Source: Amoebophrya sp. A120 (lineage: Eukaryota; Protista; Dinoflagellata). From it: 64,000 nt of DNA. The translations under genes and the position numbers were made by a program. Positions 59,501 to 64,000 of this stretch are shown piece by piece. The notes below the pieces were generated by a model that searched no databases, was not told the DNA's origin, and worked only from the letters and a program-made list of their open reading frames with translations. The stretch is from contig CAJINV010000009.1 in the NCBI GenBank assembly GCA_905178155.1, positions 3,635,341 through 3,699,340 of the forward strand, in the 5' to 3' direction. The stretch's first letter is position 1. Every line of letters starts with the position of its first letter.

Positions 59501-62404
59501 CAGAAAGAGGAGATCAGTTTGTGCTACGCGGAGTGGGTGTTTCTCATGCGAAATACGCAGCAGAAGACCCTTTAAGAATCTGTGATCCTCGGCCATGCAT
59601 TACAGGCATCATGGGTTATCCAAAATATGCATGACAAACCTGGGAATCTCCCTGACCCAGACACTTTTGCACTTGATAGAAAAAGCGGATCGACAAGGCC
59701 GTGGCCAACGACCCTCGGAAGCTGCCGTGGCGTATGGAAGTGTCAGAATCGAAATTGACAAAATCGAAAAATTTGCGATGCGAAAAATCGTTGCCAGGTA
59801 GACCCACAGTTTGTAGTCGGCGCATGACAAATTTTCCCCGTCCTGGAAGCGAATCTGTCATGCGGTTTAGAGCAAAAGTGCTGTCTTCTGTCATGCTAAT
59901 CAGCAGCCCAATACTTGACCCTTGCCAGGACTACAATCCGCCTTCCTTGCATCCTCTGCAAGAGAGCCGCTTTTTGTGTAGCATTTTATGCATTACAAAC
60001 TTTTTCGACTTTGTCGATTTCGATCCTGACACTTCCATATGGCGGCTGGCCTCCGTACTGCGCGGCACGCTCCGGAAAAATATCGCCGTGGCGAAGAAAA
60101 CTGGCAACTTTTTCACCCGGCGCTTTGAAAAGAAGCACGACAGCTCCGCCGCCGCCCCACAGCAGGAGGAGAAGATCGATTGGAAGCTGGGCGTGTTTGC
60201 CCGAGTGATGGTCGAAGAGAAGCAGAAGCAGGCTACTTCTCTTATCACAAGAAAAAGTGTTAACGTTAACGGATTTTGTGATGCAGAAATGCATCACAAG
60301 ACGTGTCAGAATTTGTCATGCATAGCATGCATATTGGGCTACATTTGTGATGCATGACTGCAATCTGTGAAAACCGTTAACGTTAACACTTTTTCCTGTG
60401 ATATCTCTTGCAAGTACTTCAACTTCTGCTGGAGGGGGTGTCAAAAGTGAAGTAGAAGACGCTCTTGTTGCAAACGACTCCACGACCTTAGATGACCGGT
60501 CGACGACAGTGGGCAGCGAGGACGACGGTCGCAGTACAACTAGTAGCACTGGTCGTGGTGCCGGTCCAGACGAGGCGGAGCAATATCCTGTGCAAAAGTA
60601 TCGTACTCGTACTAATCGAATTCATGCAATACAAATTTCTTTCTCACGTCAAATCCGCATTACAAATTTTCTTTCTCATGCTGACGAAAGTTGTCATGCG
60701 ATTTATACTAGTACGATGCTTTCGCATTTCATAAGCAAGAAGATGAAACAAGATCAGACGCGCTTGCCGCGGTCGTGGATGAAGTTGTTCACGAAGGTCA
60801 GCAGGACCACATCTATCCATAGAAAACAAAACTATGTGAGTGTAAGTCTGTGATTATGCAAAGTACGCAACAGCACATACACAGTGACAGTTCTTAGTAC
60901 ACCTCCTGTTTATTCCATACGCCGGCCTCCAGCCATCAACTCCTGTTTATTTTTCCATATGTGTTTTTTTTTTGGCGTACAACGAACTAGCTGCGCATCA
61001 TGACAGGTCGTTTTCTCGGTCATGCAGAGAAAATTTGTCACGCCGTTAGTACTTCTTCAAGAAGACAACAACAAACACACAGTTTTTGTCGTGGATCACA
61101 TCAAAGACGACATCAGTGCAAATAAAGCTCCCGGGCCGGATCTGGAAGTCGCGGCTCGCGAGGTGGATCAAATCAAAAAAACAAATACGAAGCATGGGGA
61201 ATTATACGATCTGCTGGATGCGGCCAACACGGACTTCCCGGACGAGCATATGAAGGTCCTTGCGCACCATCAGCACGAGAACAACTTCCTTGCGCATCAC
61301 GAAAACTTCCAGACGCTTCTCGACCCGCATCTCCTCCAACCTGCTGTATATCACGACAGTAGCAGCACAGCGAGTAGAGATGCGACGAACCATGTTGAAC
61401 CAACTGGGGGCACGGAACCCAAAATTTCAATTTATAATCTGCACATTCAGCTGAAGCTCCCGACGGAAGAAGTATCCTGTGCAAAAGTATCGTACTCGTA
61501 CCAATTGCATTTATGCATTACAAATCTGGTTCCTAAGGCAAATCCGCATTACAAATTCAATTTGTAATGCTGAGCAAACTTGTAATGCAATTCATACTAG
61601 TACGATACTTTTGCAGTTCATAAGAAGAAGATCCAACTGATACGAGTACTACTAGTACCAGTCACGACACGGTAGCTGCCCAGGACGAGGCGTCGCATGG
61701 TCACGAAAAATTTCTTGAGATATCCAGGAAAAAAATAAAACACCCATCCCCATCCACCAAGAATTTGTCCTGCGCCAAAACATGCATAAATTTAACTAGA
61801 TATATTTTTCACGTGGTGTTTGTCATGCAAGAAACGGATGGGGATCATGGGTGTAGTTTTTTCCTGGATAGGAGATGACCGCTGCGCAGCTGTACAACCT
61901 AATTTTCGCAGTATTCTGCGCAAAAATGTTCCCACGACCCCAGAGTCAAGATGGGAAATTTTTTTTGCCCGGCCCCCAATTCTTGCATCATTTAATTATG
62001 CTAGTCGGGGCGGTGAGAAACAGAAATCTGCTAGACAAATCAGCCAGCTTTATTGGGTGTTGCGCATGACAAGAAGCTTGCCTTCGTAGGTAGGGTCTAC
62101 TTCGTGATCCCGTTAAGCTAGTTCAGCAGAGTCACAGATTTCGCATATTATGCCGATTGGAGCATGAAAAATACCAAAACAGGACTAGAAGACACTTCAT
62201 CTCATTGCGCTCCGCATGAGAAACATTTTGAGCATGCAGATTCGCATGACAGCTATGGGTTCGACGTGGGGATGTTTTTACATAGGATGCGCAGCTTTAA
62301 AGGAAGACCAGCCAGGGCTCGAAAAGAGCCTGGATGAAGTGGGTGCTGGGACGGCATCGCCTGCTCCACCGGCAGGAGCAGCAGCAGCACAGGGGGAGCC
62401 ATAA
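53561..62404 (+). CDS. Dual-specificity/PTPMT1-like phosphatase with signal-like N-terminus and long C-terminal extension (paralog 2); about 22 introner introns
   Basis: KLFLGVMP...MFVSFNN...QYDHYPLTLDQL...NTYVHCKAGMTRSGMGVIAFLLKH...EAVAYVTTMRPVSNVA...QLRRLVEF. The final exon ends at TAA 62404; not every intermediate junction was translated. Confidence 0.8.
53757..54639. mobile_element. Composite introner-like element with GC-rich cargo, flanked by a 52-bp exon duplication
   Basis: Subterminal inverted similarity (GTGAATTT..GCATGA / TCATGC..AAATTCAC; GTTAGC/GCTAAC); direct repeat 53704-53755 = 54645-54696. Confidence 0.6.
54714..55015. mobile_element. Introner, family C-like
   Basis: TSD CGAGC/CGAGC. 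Confidence 0.85.
55135..55340. mobile_element. Introner, family G
   Basis: TIR TATCCAAGAAAAAAACA.CATCACAATCAC; TSD GAAGA/GAAGA. Confidence 0.9.
55666..55981. mobile_element. Introner, family C
   Basis: TSD GCATG/GCATG. Confidence 0.9.
56070..56304. mobile_element. Introner, family G-like
   Basis: TSD AGGTC/AGGTC. Confidence 0.85.
56370..56515. mobile_element. Introner, family B
   Basis: TSD TTTGC/TTTGC. Confidence 0.88.
56790..56995. mobile_element. Introner, family G-like
   Basis: TSD CATGC/CATGC. Confidence 0.85.
57076..57336. mobile_element. Introner, family A (reverse orientation relative to 2866-3127)
   Basis: TSD CACTA/CACTA. Confidence 0.9.
57597..57939. mobile_element. Introner, family D
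   Basis: TSD CTGCG/CTGCG. Confidence 0.9.
57982..58236. mobile_element. Introner, family A
   Basis: TSD CTGCT/CTGCT. Confidence 0.9.
58306..58453. mobile_element. Introner, family B
   Basis: TSD CGACG/CGACG. Confidence 0.88.
58527..58853. mobile_element. Introner, family C
   Basis: TSD CCTAC/CCTGC. Confidence 0.88.
58909..59126. mobile_element. Introner, family G
   Basis: TSD GTTGA/GTTGA. Confidence 0.88.
59203..59354. mobile_element. Introner, family B
   Basis: TSD GAGGT/GAGCT. Confidence 0.88.
59417..59678. mobile_element. Introner, family A
   Basis: TSD GAAAA/GAAAA. Confidence 0.9.
59733..60039. mobile_element. Introner, family C
   Basis: TSD TGGCG/TGGCG. Confidence 0.9.
60243..60403. 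mobile_element. Introner, family E
   Basis: TSD TCTCT/TCTCT. Confidence 0.9.
60584..60733. mobile_element. Introner, family B
   Basis: TSD AGCAA/AGCAA. Confidence 0.9.
60814..61097. mobile_element. Introner, family G-like (diverged)
   Basis: TSD ACATC/ACATC. Confidence 0.75.
61473..61622. mobile_element. Introner, family B
   Basis: TSD AGAAG/AGAAG. Confidence 0.9.
61721..61870. mobile_element. Introner, family G
   Basis: TSD TGAGA/GGAGA. Confidence 0.85.
61912..62289. mobile_element. Introner, family I
   Basis: TSD CGCAG/CGCAG. Confidence 0.8.
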
Positions 62405-64000
62405 GTAGATGAACTCAAAGGAAGTTCTTGTGTAGTAGACTCTCCTCGTTCATGAGAACAAATAAGCGCAGGAGCAGGTGTACTTGTACTAGTAGCATGA
62501 ATTTTGCCACACCAAGAACGGAAGGATCGAAAGGCATATAATCTGATAACCAAAGTGCTGTTAAAGATGAAAATAACAAGCAACATGAACATGCATCGTA
62601 TTAAAAATCTCATGATATTCATAGTACGCTCGTAGTTATGGTTTTCATTCATCACGTACCGGTACCAGGGGGCCACGCCTATCCCTTACGCTTCGGATAT
62701 TAAGGATTCTTGTGTTACAACTTTGCTTGCCGCTACGAGAACTCCAATCCTTAAGAAGAAATGGGAATATCAATATATTTGAAAAATTTAAATTCTACCA
62801 CATAATCATTGAGATTGACCGCATCTATCGCGGTTAAAATTCTCGACGTTTATTTATTAACATTTAGCAGCGCGATGGAGCTAAAAATTTTTGAAAGGGT
62901 GCACTAGCAGGAGGACTACCGGGCTGTGCTTCTTCAACAGAGGCTCTAGATCTAGTGGTCCTCGCAGCACCGAATATTCTTGCTTGAGATGAAACAGAAA
63001 CTCTGTACGATTTTTCATTTGCATTTGCTAGTTTTAGAGTTAAACATACACAAGACATACCTGACGATTTTTTTGCAGCCAGTTCTAAGATGAACAAAAC
63101 GACTTGTTCAAATAAAGGCGTCGGCAGCTTCGATTTTTCTTAGCTACGGATATGTAAATGCGCCGCAATTTTGCCAAAAATGAAAATCTTCTTCTGGAGC
63201 CGCGCATCGATTCGCCCGTACCATCAGCACGCAGCTGTGCAGTACCAGTAGTAAGATGAAATTGAAAGTTCTGATGTAGGCTAGCAGTAGAAGTAGAAGT
63301 ACAAAGACAAACAGTTGGACAGAATAAATTTCTAGTCTGGGTTCTGCTTATTTTAGCCGTGGCCCTTGCGGATGATTTCTGTGTTGATGCAGGTATGATA
63401 TATGCCTGGCAGCTAGAAGCGCCGCAACCGCATGATGAATCAGTGCTGTAAAAAAAATGGGTAGAACAAGGCCACGACGAAGGATAAGAACAAGGCGAAG
63501 AACAATTGTCGGTCCACGTACTACTTAGCATGCCATTATCAAAAGCAACACAGCTCTGCCTCGGCCTCTGCAGCACGGTACGATCATTTTCATTGTGCAA
63601 GAAAGAAGGTCGTGTGCGCCCAATATGTTGTTCACTGCTTTTTAATAATAGGCTTGCCGTTACCTGTCGTTGCTGTGAATCACTGACTTTTGTAGTTCTG
63701 TGGTCTTTTTGTTTTTCATTCTGTTTGTGTTCTCATTGGTTTTGGTTCCGGTGCAGCGTTGTGCACTCTGTGGAGCTGTTCTGCTCTGAAGATACAGCCG
63801 AGTTTCTTCTTTCTACAAGACAGAGGGACGAGACAAGTTCGAGGTGTGCTGGCCTATTGGGTCTACTTCAAGAGAGCCACGACACCTGCCAGCGCCAGAA
63901 GAGTTCTAATGTGTCAAAATTTTGAGGGTGAGGGAATGAAGATGGCCGCAGAGGAGACACCGTAGACACGCAGAAGATCTTTGTGCTCTACTTTGAAATC

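Noticed and set aside
7192-61567. Many short ORFs sharing peptides such as KCKNVWVWK, FQTQTFLHL, PDPDIF, CAKVSYSY, YGSVRFEI
   Set aside because: These are translations of introner TIRs on either strand, not a protein repeat family.
63085-63965. ORFs of 171, 139 and 68 aa near the window end
   Set aside because: They have no motif support and a composition like UTR/intergenic DNA; a gene may begin near 63937 but is truncated by the window edge.
1-64000. Autonomous transposase, reverse transcriptase or integrase for the introners
   Set aside because: No DDE, RT or integrase motif was recognised in any ORF; the autonomous partner, if any, lies outside this window or is too divergent to see.

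Overview
Eukaryotic (alveolate-like) genomic window with about 9-11 protein-coding genes, all on the + strand. The genes are broken up by roughly 85-90 small (about 145-460 bp) non-autonomous TIR elements from at least 9 families. Nearly all elements start with TAT, end with ATA and are flanked by a 5-bp target duplication. Removing an element plus 5 nt restores the reading frame, even in the middle of conserved motifs, so they behave as non-canonical introns ('introners'). This architecture matches the introner-invaded genomes described for the parasitic dinoflagellate Amoebophrya; the taxon is an inference. Manual removal of the elements gives an APC-family polyamine/amino-acid transporter, an eEF3-like ABCF protein, two tandem PTPMT1-like dual-specificity phosphatases, a putatively myristoylated/palmitoylated low-complexity protein, a large putative surface protein and several hypothetical proteins. 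Most short ORFs in the supplied track are artefacts of translating element sequence. Coordinates were read by eye and may be off by a few bases. No database searches were run.
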